Below, one piece after another: positions 1-11,565 of a DNA stretch of 16,787 nucleotides. Under the pieces are notes generated by a model that saw nothing but the letters and a program-made list of their open reading frames with translations, had not been told where the DNA came from and searched no databases. Both the position numbers and the translations under genes were made by a program. Source of the DNA: Octopus sinensis (lineage: Eukaryota); NCBI RefSeq assembly GCF_006345805.1, contig NW_021825070.1, positions 1 through 16,787 on the forward strand, given 5' to 3'. Each line of letters opens with the position of its first letter. Position 1 is the stretch's first letter.

Positions 1-971
1 GCAGTATATGGAGATCGGACAATAAAGGTAAGCCAGTGTCAACGGTAGTTCCAGATATTCCGAGCTGGAAACTACAGCCTTGAAAACGAGCCTCATCCTG
101 GAAGATCTGTAGAGCTCGACGAGGACCTCCTGCAAACTCTGGTGGACAAAATCCCATTGCAACTGTTCAGGAACCAGCAGAGAAGAATAGATTTGGTCAA
201 TCAACCATTCATCGACACCTGCGTTCCATTGTAAAAGTCAGGGAATTGGATCAGTAGATTTCTCCCAAATATTTCGACTCTAATCGCGCGCAGTGCGCGA
301 ATGTGTCCTCTTCTTTGCTGCCACGTCTCATGCATGAACCTTTTTTGGACTGAATAGTGACTGGTGACGGGAAATAGGTTCTCTATAAAAATGTCAAGCG
401 CCGAAGACAGTGGGTAAGGAAAAATACCGGCACCCAAGGACTTCAGCCGCGCAAAATATTGTTACCTGTTTCGTGGGATATGAGAGGTTTAGTTCACTCG
501 GACCTTTTTAACCCAAGCCAAACATTAACAAAGATTTACTGCGTGCAGCTTGAGGGGCTTAATCACCCGCCTTCGATTTCAAGATGAAAGGCGTTCTTCC
601 ATCAGTATAATGTTCGGCCACATACATCAATGATGACATTCTAAAGGCTGGAGCAGTTTGAATGGGAAACGATGCCCCAGCCAACATATTCGTCGGGCAC
701 TGCTCCATGTGATTATCATTTATTCCGCGGTCTTCAAAATCTTTTGGACGGAAATAATAGGAATCCTGTAGACGGGATTATAAGATTTTTTGAGGAGTAT
801 ATTTCGCCACGGAGAAATGTATTTTGGAAGAGGAGCCTTGATTTTTCTACCAGATAGGTGGAGGAGCATTGCAGAAAATGAAAGAGTGCATATTTTAAAT
901 GAACTTTGTTTATCTTAATATTGAAAAATATAAGAATTATAAAAAAACACATCACTCCAGGAATAACCCAA
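1..971 (+). mobile_element. Degenerate mariner (Tc1/mariner, DD34D-type) transposon, 5' end outside window
   Basis: Broken transposase motifs on +: AVYGDRTIKVSQCQR*FQIFRAGNYSLENEPHPGRS, IVTGDGK*VLYKNVKRRRQW, FFHQYNVRPHT, WETMPQPTYSSGTAPCDYHLFRGLQNLLDG (cf. TGDEKW, HDNARPH, YSPDLAPSDYHLF). There are multiple stops and frameshifts. It ends ...AATAACCCAA followed by TA (972-973). Confidence 0.92.
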
Positions 972-1407
972 TATGATCCGCTTCAAATTCTGCAGGTTGT
1001 ATTAGATAAATAAACGAAAGTGACTGAAGAAACTGGAAAGGAAGAGAAAGATTTGAAGAAATAGCAGAGAGTTAAGAAGAAGGAGAAAAACAAAATTCAA
1101 GATGGGAATGAAAAGCAGAGGCGGTAAAACATATGGACACGAATTATTTATTCAAATATATATACGTCGACATTCAAATACATAGGAACATACATAATAC
1201 ATAGCTATTAATATGTTTTGATGCCAACATAAATCAAATCTCAGTTGCATTTATCTTCATGCACAATCAGAACAATATCACGTAAATATAGGGACAGGAT
1301 ATGAGTAAGAGGGCAAATAACGAGGAGTGAAAAAGAAACCAGATTATATAAAATTTATAGAAATATTACATTCATGAAGTTGTATGGAGAAAAGTAAGCA
1401 AACTTAC

Positions 1408-1479
1408 AGTTTCTTTAGAATTGGAAGATCTTGGAAGATACCTTTCTCAATATGCGAAATATTATTTATGTGAAGAGAT
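1408..1479 (-). CDS. LRR exon E1 (class B), SLHINNISHIEKGIFQDLPILKKL
   Basis: 72 nt; acceptor ttttctgctgtAG, donor GTaagt; phase 2-2; no stop. Confidence 0.9.
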
Positions 1480-1590
1480 CTACAGCAGAAAACAAATATG
1501 ATAAATATTAATATAGAAATCATTTGTAAAAGTATATGAAAAACTTTTCTTTAACATGGGAGAATGGATGAGAAGACAGACAGCGAGAAA

Positions 1591-1745
1591 CAAGAAGAAG
1601 AAGAAGAAGAAGAAGAAGAAGAAGAAGAAGGAGACGAAGGAGGAGGAGAAGAAGAAGAAGGAGAAGAAGAAGAGAAAGGAGATGGAGGAGGAGAAGAAGA
1701 AGAAGAAAGAGAAGAAGGATGAAGAAGAAGAAGAAAACGGGAAGA
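1591..1745. repeat. (GAA/GAG)n purine microsatellite tract
   Basis: Visible AAG/GAG trinucleotide run; source of spurious poly-K and poly-S ORFs. Confidence 0.95.
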
Positions 1746-2074
1746 AGATATGTTTAAAGCTAAGATGTTAAAGAAAATAAATTCAGAGAAAGTACTTAAA
1801 AGATGACAACGAATAATTTGGAAGTTGAAAACGATCACATCAGATATTTTAAAAATCTAATATCAATGAAAGGATATCTGGGAAATCGATGCAAATAATA
1901 AGTGTTGGAGGAAGGAGAAGGAAATACGTGACTATAGTGTAAGTATTAGAATAATAAAATGAAGTGAATGAAGAAGTCGGAGAAGGAACTGGCAAAGAAA
2001 ACGGAAAAGGGCAACCGGTAGAAAAGAAATAAAATAAAATATGTTAATACAAATTACATAGTTTCATGTGTGAA

Positions 2075-2391
2075 GGCGCATGGCTCGGTAGTTAGAGCGT
2101 GTAGCTTACGATCATGAGGTTGTGAGTTCGAATCCCGGCCCGTGCTGTGTTCTTGAGCAAGACACTTTATTTCACGTTGCTCCAGTTCACTCAGCTGTAG
2201 AAATGAGTTGCGACGTCTCAGGTGTCAAGCTGTATCGGTCCCTTTGCCTTTCTCTTGGATAACACTGGTGGCATGGGGAGAGGAGGCGGTATGCATGGGC
2301 GACTGCTGACCTTCCAGAAACAACCTTGCCTGGACTTGTGTCTGGGAGGGTAATTTTCTAGATGGTCAGTATCATGACAGAGAGGGGTCTC
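2075..2391 (+). mobile_element. tRNA-derived SINE, family 1 (GGCGCATGGCTC... head)
   Basis: A-box-like TGGCTCGGTAGTTAGAGC and B-box GAGTTCGAATCCC; the body is shared with copies at 9982 and 14741. Confidence 0.88.
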
Positions 2392-2417
2392 AGATGTACA
2401 TGCAAACACTAACATTT

Positions 2418-2510
2418 ACACGAATATACCGCTATACACGAATATACCGCTATACACGAATATACCGCTATACACGAATATACCGCTATACACGAATATA
2501 CCGCTATACA
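2418..2510 (+). repeat. 18-bp tandem repeat (ACACGAATATACCGCTAT) x5
   Basis: Five perfect units plus ACA; one unit in the duplicate (15059-15076). Confidence 0.97.
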
Positions 2511-2724
2511 TTTTCGTTAATAAGTCTTTATGCAGACATATATATATATATATATCCTTGTCTAACACGGCTTTAGAAAAGTTCAAACAGATATTGTATC
2601 AATATGGGAACAGAATATGCGTTAGAGTGAAAAAATAGAGCGAGGGAAAGAGAAACGAGGGTACAGCAAAGTTACATAAAAATAACGTTCATAATGTAAT
2701 CTTAACGAAAGTGAACGAACTTAC

Positions 2725-2796
2725 AATTGCTGCAATCGGTAAAGGCCTTGGAAGCTTCCTTGTTCAATACTCGAAATATTATTTCCATTTAAATAC
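2725..2796 (-). CDS. LRR exon E2 (class A), YLNGNNISSIEQGSFQGLYRLQQL
   Basis: 72 nt; acceptor tttctttattgctgcAG, donor GTaagt; phase 2-2. Confidence 0.92.
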
Positions 2797-2930
2797 CTGC
2801 AGCAATAAAGAAACAGGATAACAGTGTTTATGGAAAATGCGTGTGATTACATATTGAAATGAAACAAACGATGACAAGACAGATTATGGCAACAGAAAAC
2901 AGAAAGAAAAACAAAGAGAAGACGACGAGG

Positions 2931-3092
2931 CTGAAAGAGAAGAAGTAGGAAGAAGAAGAAGAAGAAAAAGAAGAAGAGGGAGGAGGAGAAGAAGAAGGAA
3001 AAGAAGAAAAATAGAAGTAAAGGAGAAGAATAAGAAAGAGTTAAAATATGAAGGAAAAAATAAGCAGAAGTTGTAGTAGTAGTAGTAGTAGT

Positions 3093-3137
<45 letters not shown>

Positions 3138-3324
3138 ATAAATTCAGAAGAAGAAGAAGAAGAAGAAGGAAGAAGAAGAAGACGAAGAAGAAGAAAAAGA
3201 AGAAGACAAAAAAGAAGAAGAAGAGCAGAGGAGAAAACGACGCTCATGAAGAAGACCAAAATAATAAGTATAAGAATAATAATGAGTAAAATGTTAAGAT
3301 GATGATGATGATGATGATGATGAC
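2931..3324. repeat. Compound microsatellite region: GAA-rich, (TAG)n, (GAA)n, (GAT)n
   Basis: Directly visible; repeated at about 15530-15905. Confidence 0.9.
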
Positions 3325-3747
3325 ATTGATTATGATGTTGAAGGGGAATATCTGCGCGCGCGTGCGTGTGTGTATGCATGTGAGACATGTATTCCATCTG
3401 GGTAAAAGAATGATATGAAAACCGTGTAAAAATGTTTTTAGTAGCACGATTTTTTGTTAATAACTATGATTTCTGTTACAGATCCACTCAGACACCGACA
3501 GAGATACGAAATGAACCCACCACACACAGATACAAATATATATGTTCGCATAAAATAATACTCTCATGCACAACACATTTATTCATTCATACAGAGACAT
3601 GTACACTCCTACACGTCTTCATAATCATACAAACGGAGATATAATGGCAGAATATAAATCAGAAATGCAGAAAGAAAAATTAAGAAAGAGAAGACAAACT
3701 TTCTAGTGATATTACGTTAATAAAATATCAACGGAAATTGAACTTAC

Positions 3748-3819
3748 AATTTCTGTAAATTGGTAAGACTTTGGAAGGTTCTACGTTCGACTTTCTCGAT
3801 CTTATTATGCTCAAATGTT
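3748..3819 (-). CDS. LRR exon E3 (class C), TFEHNKIEKVERRTFQSLTNLQKL
   Basis: 72 nt; acceptor tgtttcatgttacAG, donor GTaagt; phase 2-2. Confidence 0.9.
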
Positions 3820-4527
3820 CTGTAACATGAAACAGATTATAAAGGAAATAATACAGAAACGGGGTCTGATAAAACATTAAATTTGAAGTTTTAAAATCAG
3901 AGGAGGAAAAGAGGGCTATGAAAGAAAAGCATGACAAAATTACCGAAGGGGACGATTTAGAGTGGGAGATAGAAGAGGAAGGTATGTAGGACCTGAGAGG
4001 AGAGGAAGAGCGGAAGTATGAAGTGGATAGGAGGGGGCGAGTACAAGAGGGAGCAGAATGTGGAATAGAGAGGCGATGCACAATGAGTAATTGAGCGGAA
4101 TTACTGAGGATGGTGAAGGAAAATAAGTGATGGAATGTATGGATTTATAAAAGTGCGAGTAAAATACGATGAAGCAAAAACGACGCATTAGAAATGGAAA
4201 AAGCAGCTGAAACTCTTTAAAAACGGAGAAGAAACACAAGATGGTGAAGATGAAGGATGTAGAGGGAAATTGTGAGGAAGACGAAAGATGCAGGAATGAA
4301 ACACATAGAAGAAGGAGGATGAGGAGAATAACAAGGAAAATCAGAATAGGGGAGAAGAAAATAAATATGAATATAAATAGTACAGTCACACATACATTTA
4401 TATGCGAATACACACATAGAATTTTGCCGAGGATATCTATCGCTGATGTTGATGCATCTACACATACCTTCACACGCATATCTTCACACATATACTCAAA
4501 CACTCTAACATAGATTTAAACAGAAAC

Positions 4528-4561
<34 letters not shown>

Positions 4562-4801
4562 TATGAATTAGAGAAGAATGAAGTTGGAAGTAAAGCAAAA
4601 TGGGGAAGACAATAAGTAATTAGAATTATCGTTGGATGATATTGCTAATCGTATAATGATGCAGCAGATAAATATAATAGGTTGTTAATATTGAGTGAGG
4701 AGAATTAAACTAGGGGAAGGAAGAATGGTGACGACGGAGAAAAGGAGAAAGAAGAGAATTACGATGAGAATTAGGAAGGGTGATATACAGAAATAGAATA
4801 T

Positions 4802-4841
<40 letters not shown>

Positions 4842-4919
4842 GTAGAAGAAGAAGAAGAAGAAGAAGAAGAAGAAGAAGAAGAAGAAGAAGAAGAAGAAGA
4901 AGAAGAAGAAGAAGAAGAA
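4802..4919. repeat. (TAG)n(GAA)n compound microsatellite
   Basis: Near-perfect runs, directly visible. Confidence 0.97.
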
Positions 4920-5339
4920 CAAAAAGAAAGCAGAAGACGGAGATGAAGAAGGTCTTTAAAACGAACATGATAAAGAAGATTAAAACAGAGATTAGTTAAA
5001 GAAATTTTAACTAATGACTCGGAGTATGAGAAGGTAATTTGGAGAAAGAGAACAAGTCGGAAACGAAAATCACAGATACACGCTGTCAGATACACACACA
5101 TGCACGTACAGCCTTGCACTGTGCAGTTACGCCTACACACTCACATTGATACATTGAATTACACTCAACCGCAAATTTGATGAGAGCGAATATAAGTTTA
5201 AAAGGGAGAAGGAGCATGAGTATATATTAAATATCTATATTATCAGTGAAAGGGTATTTTGAAAATTAATCTAAACTACGAGTGCTGGAAGCTGAAACCT
5301 TTTACGAAGAGAAGTATATTTGTGACTATATTCTAAGTA

Positions 5340-5891
5340 GTGGGTTGTCCGGAAAGTTCGTGCCAATTTTTAAAGGAAAGTAAAAGGTCAAACAATACTT
5401 GCCATTACATTTTTAATCAACCAAATATGAACCATTTTCTTGCACAATGCGTCTCCATCTTTCCTTTAAATGAAAAACACCCTCTTGCCAGAATTGAGGT
5501 GTTTTCATGGCAAAGAATTCATCAAAAATTCAAGAAATTGAAACTTTTATGATTAAGACTATTCTGCAGATACCTGAATAAGTGGAAATTCGAAGTAGCA
5601 GTATCTGGTGAATATGGAGGGTGGGGTAACACATCCAAGCCGAGCTGCAGTCATTTTTGTCTGGTTCCCAAAGCATAAAGTGTCGAAAATGAACTTTCTT
5701 ATCTTCCATTTTAAAGGGATACAAAATTAACACTGGTTATAGGAGCATAAACCTTTTTCCATGCAAAGATGGCTTAAACTGTGCTCTAAATGGAAGTGTA
5801 GTCTAATCCTATTTTATGGACTCAACCATGTTCTAAAATAAGTCGAAAGGTAAGCTACTATAAATCGGCACGAACTTTCCGGGCAACCCAA
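5340..5891 (-). mobile_element. Internally deleted mariner (552 bp) with both TIRs
   Basis: TIRs (G/T)TGGGTTG(T/C)CCGGAAAGTTCGTGCC(A/G)ATTT at both ends, flanked by TA (5338-5339, 5892-5893). Minus-strand remnants: N-terminus MEDKKVHFRHFMLW joined to LDVLPHPPYSPDTATSNFHLFRYLQNSLN, and C-terminus EFFAMKTPQFWQEGVFHLKERWRRIVQENGSYLVD*. Confidence 0.93.
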
Positions 5892-6321
5892 TATTTGTAT
5901 TTTACACTTCTGCATCAACCAAATATATATATATATATATATTTGCTGTATTAGCAAAAGCCGCTGAAGTGAATGAAGAAGTTGAAGATGAACAGAACTC
6001 GGAGGAAGAGAAGACGAAAAAGTCCAACTCAGAGAAAAGAAAAAGACATCATTTATGAATACAAATTTTATAGTCACATATACACACAGACTCTAAAATA
6101 TACATGGGCATACATTTCCATTTATAAGATTTGCTGCAGACATATATAATATCCCAGTTGTACTCGTCTTTAGAAACAATCAAACAGATATTGAACTAAT
6201 ATGGGAACAGAGTGTGAGATGAACTGATAAAAAGAGCGGGGGTCGAAAAACGAGTGAACATTAAATTTGGTGAACAATTACATTTATAATATTGAAACTA
6301 CAAAGATGTAAAAAGACATGC

Positions 6322-6394
6322 AATATGTATGACCAAGAAAGACCATTTGCAGCTTCCTTGTCCAGTACACAAGATGTTATATCTGTAAACATAT
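6322..6394 (-). pseudogene. Decayed class A LRR pseudo-exon (E4)
   Basis: Aligns to E2/E6/E8 (shared GGACAAGGAAGCT core; reads YVYRYNILCTGQGSC..) and has class A intron flanks. It is 73 nt long, the acceptor reads CAC instead of CAG, and the donor reads GCATGT instead of GTAAGT. Confidence 0.8.
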
Positions 6395-6884
6395 GTGTAA
6401 CAGCATAGAATGGTAACATTTGTCACGGAAAATATTTGTGATAAAAAATTGAAGAATTTGTGTTTGAAATGAGACAAACGATGAGAAGATATATCATGAT
6501 AAACAAAAACATAACCAAGAAAATGAAGAAAAAGAAGTAAAAATGAAGAATAAGAAAAAGAAGAAAAAGGAGAAAAAAAAGAGACGAAGGAGAAGAAGAA
6601 GAAAACGAAGGAAAGTGCTCGGGGAAGAAGAAAATCAGTTTAAGGAGAAGTAGAAGTAATAAAGAAGAGAAATTAATATAAAAAGAGGATGTAGAAAAAG
6701 AAGACAGAGAAGAAGAATAGAGGGAAAAGAAGCCGGAATAGGGGATGAAAGAGTAAAGGGAAAAGTAGAGGGAAAAGGAAGAAGTAGAACAACTACAACA
6801 ATACATGAACAACAGCAAGAAAACAACAGAGATTTATTTTTGTTTACACTTTTTCGAATCAGTGACTTTTCATCACTGGAAAAA

Positions 6885-6886
<2 letters not shown>

Positions 6887-6944
<58 letters not shown>
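6887..6944. repeat. (TA)n(TG)n microsatellite
   Basis: Directly visible. Confidence 0.95.
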
Positions 6945-7310
6945 ATTGGGAAGCCCTTCACATCGACAACCGGTGATTGTCACACGCTGATGACGGATCA
7001 ATACCCAGAAACCCGGGTCCGTGTGTATCACGTCAGATCGAAGATGCGAAGGATGGCTTCCCTTTGCAAATACTGATAGGGCACAGAAAGTGTGTCTATA
7101 GCCAGCTGGAGGAGGTGTCTCTCCGGGGCTACAAGGTACAGTAGCATCCATCCTTAAGGGTTATCCACATTTAAGTGGCAAATATACTTCACGATGTCGT
7201 GCAGCTACTGTTTATACCTCGTTCAGAGATTTATTTTACACATACACACATATATATATTATACATATATAGGTTTATAGGTGCAAAAATTGCGTATAAA
7301 TTTGTGAGTG

Positions 7311-7383
7311 GGCTGTTTTGCTTAAATGGTAAAGCACGTGAGCGGTAATCAATTGGATGTGAGTTCGAGCCTCATGGCTGCTT
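7311..7383 (+). pseudogene. Degenerate tRNA-like cloverleaf (tRNA pseudogene or SINE head; nominal anticodon GGT)
   Basis: Canonical spacing: D stem GCTT/AAGC, T stem GTGAG/CTCAT with loop TTCGAGC. The anticodon and acceptor stems are weak and U33 is absent. Confidence 0.45.
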
Positions 7384-7534
7384 GCTGACAATTGTTTTCC
7401 GCTTTATATGGATATTTTATCCTGTCGCTGCTGTTCTATCAGCTCTTCTGCGTTTGAAAATCAGTTATTACCTTATCTGTATCCTACAATACACTTCTAT
7501 GCTTGTAAAAACAAACATTAGTTTGTTTACACGC

Positions 7535-7547
7535 GCACACACACACA

Positions 7548-7578
<31 letters not shown>

Positions 7579-7593
7579 CCACACACACACACA

Positions 7594-7650
<57 letters not shown>
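7535..7650. repeat. (CA)n(TA)n microsatellite
   Basis: Directly visible. Confidence 0.95.
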
Positions 7651-7655
<5 letters not shown>

Positions 7656-8017
7656 TTAATTGTATATATTCACTTCATTTCCATAATACAAAATCTCTGT
7701 AGTTGCATAAATGTTTCATTTTCTCATGGTAAAATTTCTAACATTCCATGAAAAAGTGTGTTGCTCCCATTGTGTGTTGGTACGTTTGCCAGGCTGTGTG
7801 TACGCATGTCGGTAGATATTTCATTGGAGGAGGGAATGATTTATAAACCGTGAGAAATAATTAAGATCATTATTTACTGCTAATGACTATGATTGTTCTT
7901 ACACACGCATAGGAACTCAAGAATGCAGGAACATTCACACACACAGAAATACAAAGATGCGTATTCACATAGAATCATAATCAGTTAGACAAAATCTTGA
8001 GAATAAGTTAGATAGAA

Positions 8018-8048
<31 letters not shown>

Positions 8049-8129
8049 TGAGACTGAGTAAAAAAGAGAAGACATATAAATTATAGAGGTAGTACATTAA
8101 AAAATATTACCAACAAAAGTTGAACTTAC

Positions 8130-8201
8130 AATATCTCTAAACTGGTAAGGTTATGGAAGATTCGGTGATCGATTTTTTCGATCGTATTATTCTTCAAATA
8201 T
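8130..8201 (-). CDS. LRR exon E5 (class C), YLKNNTIEKIDHRIFHNLTSLEIL
   Basis: 72 nt; acceptor tgttttatgttacAG, donor GTaagt; flanks homologous to E3/E9; matches the end of track ORF 8126..8623. Confidence 0.92.
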
Positions 8202-8444
8202 CTGTAACATAAAACAATGTATAAAGGAAAGTGTAAATGAAAGTTTTCTGGTAAAAGAAGGCCAAGAAGATGATGATGATGAAGCATAAGAAGAAAGGCA
8301 AAAGAAAATGAAGATTTAAAAGGTAAGAGATGAAACAGAAAAAGGAAAGGAAAAAGACGAAGGAGATGAAACAGAAGAAACGAAAGGAGATGAAAAACAC
8401 GAGCAAGGAAAAAGAAAAAGAGGAAGAAAAAAGACAAACATGAT

Positions 8445-8461
8445 AAATAATAATAATAATA

Positions 8462-8505
<44 letters not shown>

Positions 8506-8551
8506 TAATAATATAATAATAATAATAATAACAATAATAATAATAATAATA

Positions 8552-8582
<31 letters not shown>

Positions 8583-8588
8583 AATAAC

Positions 8589-8622
<34 letters not shown>

Positions 8623-8716
8623 TAATAATATAATAATAATAATAATAACAATATAATAATAATAATGATAATAATAATAATAATAAATAATAATAATAAT
8701 AATATAATAATAATAA

Positions 8717-8747
<31 letters not shown>

Positions 8748-8795
8748 AGAAGAAGAAGAAGAAGAAGAAGAAGAAGAGAAGAAGAAGAAGAAGAG
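8445..8795. repeat. (AAT)n (~270 bp, interrupted) followed by (GAA)n
   Basis: Directly visible. Confidence 0.96.
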
Positions 8796-9054
8796 CAATA
8801 GCAACATCAGTAACAATGATAACTACAACAAGAAGAAAAGTAGGGAAAAAAGAAGAGGGAGAACGCGGAAACAAAGAAGAGAAAGACTACGAAGAAGACG
8901 AAAAAGACGAATAAGAAGAAGTAATCATACAGATATATTACCAATATGGGAGCAGATTATGAGTTAGTGTGATGAAAAGAGCGAGGGAAAAGTGGAATTA
9001 AATTATAGAAAAATATGAAAAATCATATTTTCTTAATAAAACTGAAGAACTTAC

Positions 9055-9126
9055 AATATCTTTAGTCTAGAAAGATCCTCGAAGCTTCCTTGTTCAATAC
9101 TCGAAATATTATTTCTGTATAAGTAT
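9055..9126 (-). CDS. LRR exon E6 (class A), YLYRNNISSIEQGSFEDLSRLKIL
   Basis: 72 nt; acceptor ttctttactgctgcAG, donor GTaagt; phase 2-2. Confidence 0.92.
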
Positions 9127-9177
9127 CTGCAGCAGTAAAGAATAATGATAATATTTGTTATGGAACAAGGATAAAAC

Positions 9178-9318
9178 GAAGAAAAAGAAAAGAAGCACTA
9201 GAAGAAAAAGTACAGGAAGAAGAAGAAAAGCAAGAAGAAGAAAAAGAGAAGAAGAAGAGCAAGAAGAAGAAGAAGAGCAAGAAGAAGAAGAAGAAGAAGA
9301 AGAAGAAGAAGAAGAAGA
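9178..9318. repeat. (GAA)n-rich tract
   Basis: Directly visible. Confidence 0.93.
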
Positions 9319-9981
9319 TAAGGATTGTTGAAAAGTGGTAAAAGGTAACCGAAAATATAGTTAAAGGTAAGGAGACGCTTTCGAAGATTGAGAATGGACT
9401 TTGAAATAGAGAGAACATGATGGGAAAATAACACAGATGCACCTAATCACATACACATATATGCATATAAATCATACACGCATACATTTATGTACAGATT
9501 GTAAAAACGTAGTTCAGATATACCCATATTTCACACACATATTCACACACATATTCACACACACACGAAAATATGGTGAGAGAGAATATCCGTTTAAAAG
9601 GAAAACGCGACAGAGTCAGAAGCATATGAAAATGTGGAATATTATGGGGCCTATGATGCAAATTGCAAGTGCTGTAAACTGATGACGTTTACAGAGAGAA
9701 ACGAATTAGTGAGAATTGTTATAAGCATTTATTTTGCGTTATCTCATAAATAATGCAGTTATTTCAATTGGACGAACCAAAAGCCGAAGGGGGCGGGATA
9801 AACTACTTACACGAACTTGTTATAAAATCAGGTTGTAATTTTACTTTGTACTTATTCTTAGTTCAAGATATGAATAGTGCAGTTCAATTTAACGCTTACT
9901 TTTTCAACGTTCTAATGCAAGTGACAAAAGAGCATACTGAGAATATTTTATTGTATATTCTGCTTCTATATCTAAGGTGAA

Positions 9982-10316
9982 GGTGCATGACTCAGTGGAT
10001 AGAGCGTCGAGCTTACGATCGTGAGGTTGTGAGTTCGAATCCCGGACCGGGCTGCGTGTTGTGTTCTTGAGCTAGACACTTTATTTCACGCTGCTCCAGT
10101 TCACTCAGCTGTAGAAATGAGTTGCGACGTCACTGGTGCCAAGCTGTATCAACCTTTGTCTTTCCCTTGGATAACACTGGTGGCGTGGAGAGGGGAGGCT
10201 GGTATGCATGGGCGACTGCTGGCCTTCCATAAACAACCTCGCCCGGACTTGTGTCTAGGAGGGTAACTTTCTAGGTGCAATCCCATGGTCTGTGTCGTGA
10301 CCGAAGGGGGTCTCCG
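9982..10316 (+). mobile_element. tRNA-derived SINE, family 1, full length with target-site duplication
   Basis: TGACTCAGTGGATAGAGC A-box and GAGTTCGAATCCC B-box; 8-bp TSD AAGGTGAA at 9974-9981 and 10317-10324. Confidence 0.92.
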
Positions 10317-10661
10317 AAGGTGAATGAATAAAATTGAAATGAATAGAAAAAAATTGGAGGAAGAGAAGCCAGTAAAGAAGAATAATGGAATGAAAATGGA
10401 TGAGTAAAAATGGGTCCGAACTATTTAGTCAAAGCCACATAAGGCAGAATTCACATGCATAGGAACATACATGTAACATTTCTATGTTTTGATGTTTACA
10501 TAAAATTCCAGTTGTGCTCATCTTTATAGATTCAAGAGAATATAGCTCAAATTTAAGGACAGAAAATGTGTAAGAATCAAAAGAGATGAGAATGAACGTG
10601 TAACACATTTATAGAAATTTTGCATTCATAAAGTTGTATGAACTAAAATAAACAAACTTAC

Positions 10662-10733
10662 AATTCCTTTAAACTTTGAAGACCTTGGAAGATTTCTTTC
10701 GAAAAATGCGAAATGCTGTTTCTGTGAAGAGAC
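10662..10733 (-). CDS. LRR exon E7 (class B), SLHRNSISHFSKEIFQGLQSLKEL
   Basis: 72 nt; acceptor tcttttctgctatAG, donor GTaagt; flanks homologous to E1. Confidence 0.9.
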
Positions 10734-10841
10734 CTATAGCAGAAAAGATATACGATAAATGTTTGTATACAAAATATTGGTAGGATAATAATAAAATAGG
10801 AGAGTGGGTGAGAAGAGAGATTGCGACAAATAATAATAATG

Positions 10842-10842
10842 A

Positions 10843-10928
<86 letters not shown>
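10842..10928. repeat. (TAC)n(AAT)n microsatellite
   Basis: Directly visible. Confidence 0.95.
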
Positions 10929-11565
10929 GAAGGAGAGTAAGAAGAGGGGAAAGAAGAGGTGGATGAAGAAGGAGTAGAAGAAAAAAGAACAGGAAGAAGA
11001 AAAATAAGAATTATTTTAATAAGGAGTTGTCGAAGAAGACAAAGAAAACGCGCAAATATGATGAGAGAGAATGTATTTCATTAGAGAAAGGGTAGCTAGT
11101 AAAATGATGCAAGTTACGATTGCTAAAATCTAGTATTGCTTGGAAAGAGAAAGAAATATGACTATATTCTAAGTACTTATATATTTCACGTCTCCATCTA
11201 TAAGTTGCAGTATTAGAGAAATAACCTGAAGCGAAAGAGGAAGTTGGAGATGAATAGAAGAATTCGGTGGAAGAGAGGACGGACATGGTCAAGCTATACA
11301 TATAGTCATATTTACACGCAGACACTAACATGTACATAAACTTACACATATACATTTTCATTGATACGTTTTGCAGTAGACATATATAATATCCCAGTTG
11401 GACTCGCCTTCAGAAGCCACCAAGCAGATATTGTGCCAATATTGGGAGAGAATATGAGTTAGAAGGCTACAAAGTTAGGGAAAGTGAAACGAGAGGACAG
11501 AAAAGTTATGTAAGAATAACATTCATCATACATAATATAGTATCATCGAGACTAAATGAACTTAC

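Larger units (their letters stand above)
1747..4211 (+). repeat. Segmental duplication, copy 1 (matches 14411-16787)
   Basis: Collinear near-identity from GATATGTTT..AAAGCTAA to GGAAAAAGCAGCTGAA, including the SINE, exons E2/E3 and microsatellites. Confidence 0.97.

Noticed and set aside
672-857. Track ORF 672..857 as an active transposase
   Set aside because: It is only the C-terminal fragment of a mariner with several stops and a D-to-Y change at the second catalytic Asp.
8167-8183. Small hairpin GATCGA-TTTTT-TCGATC in E5
   Set aside because: 6-bp stem, not conserved in the other class C exons; consistent with chance.
9811-9882. Possible extra exon upstream of a minus-strand GTAAGT at 9805-9810
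   Set aside because: No AG acceptor at 72 nt, and no LRR pattern (the frames I checked hit stops).
11399-11425. Minus-strand CTGAAG|GCGAGT after the conserved intron motif as a recursive (zero-length) splice site
   Set aside because: The GC donor-like sequence occurs in one unit only; the homologous sites read AAG|ACGAGT and AAG|CCGTGT.
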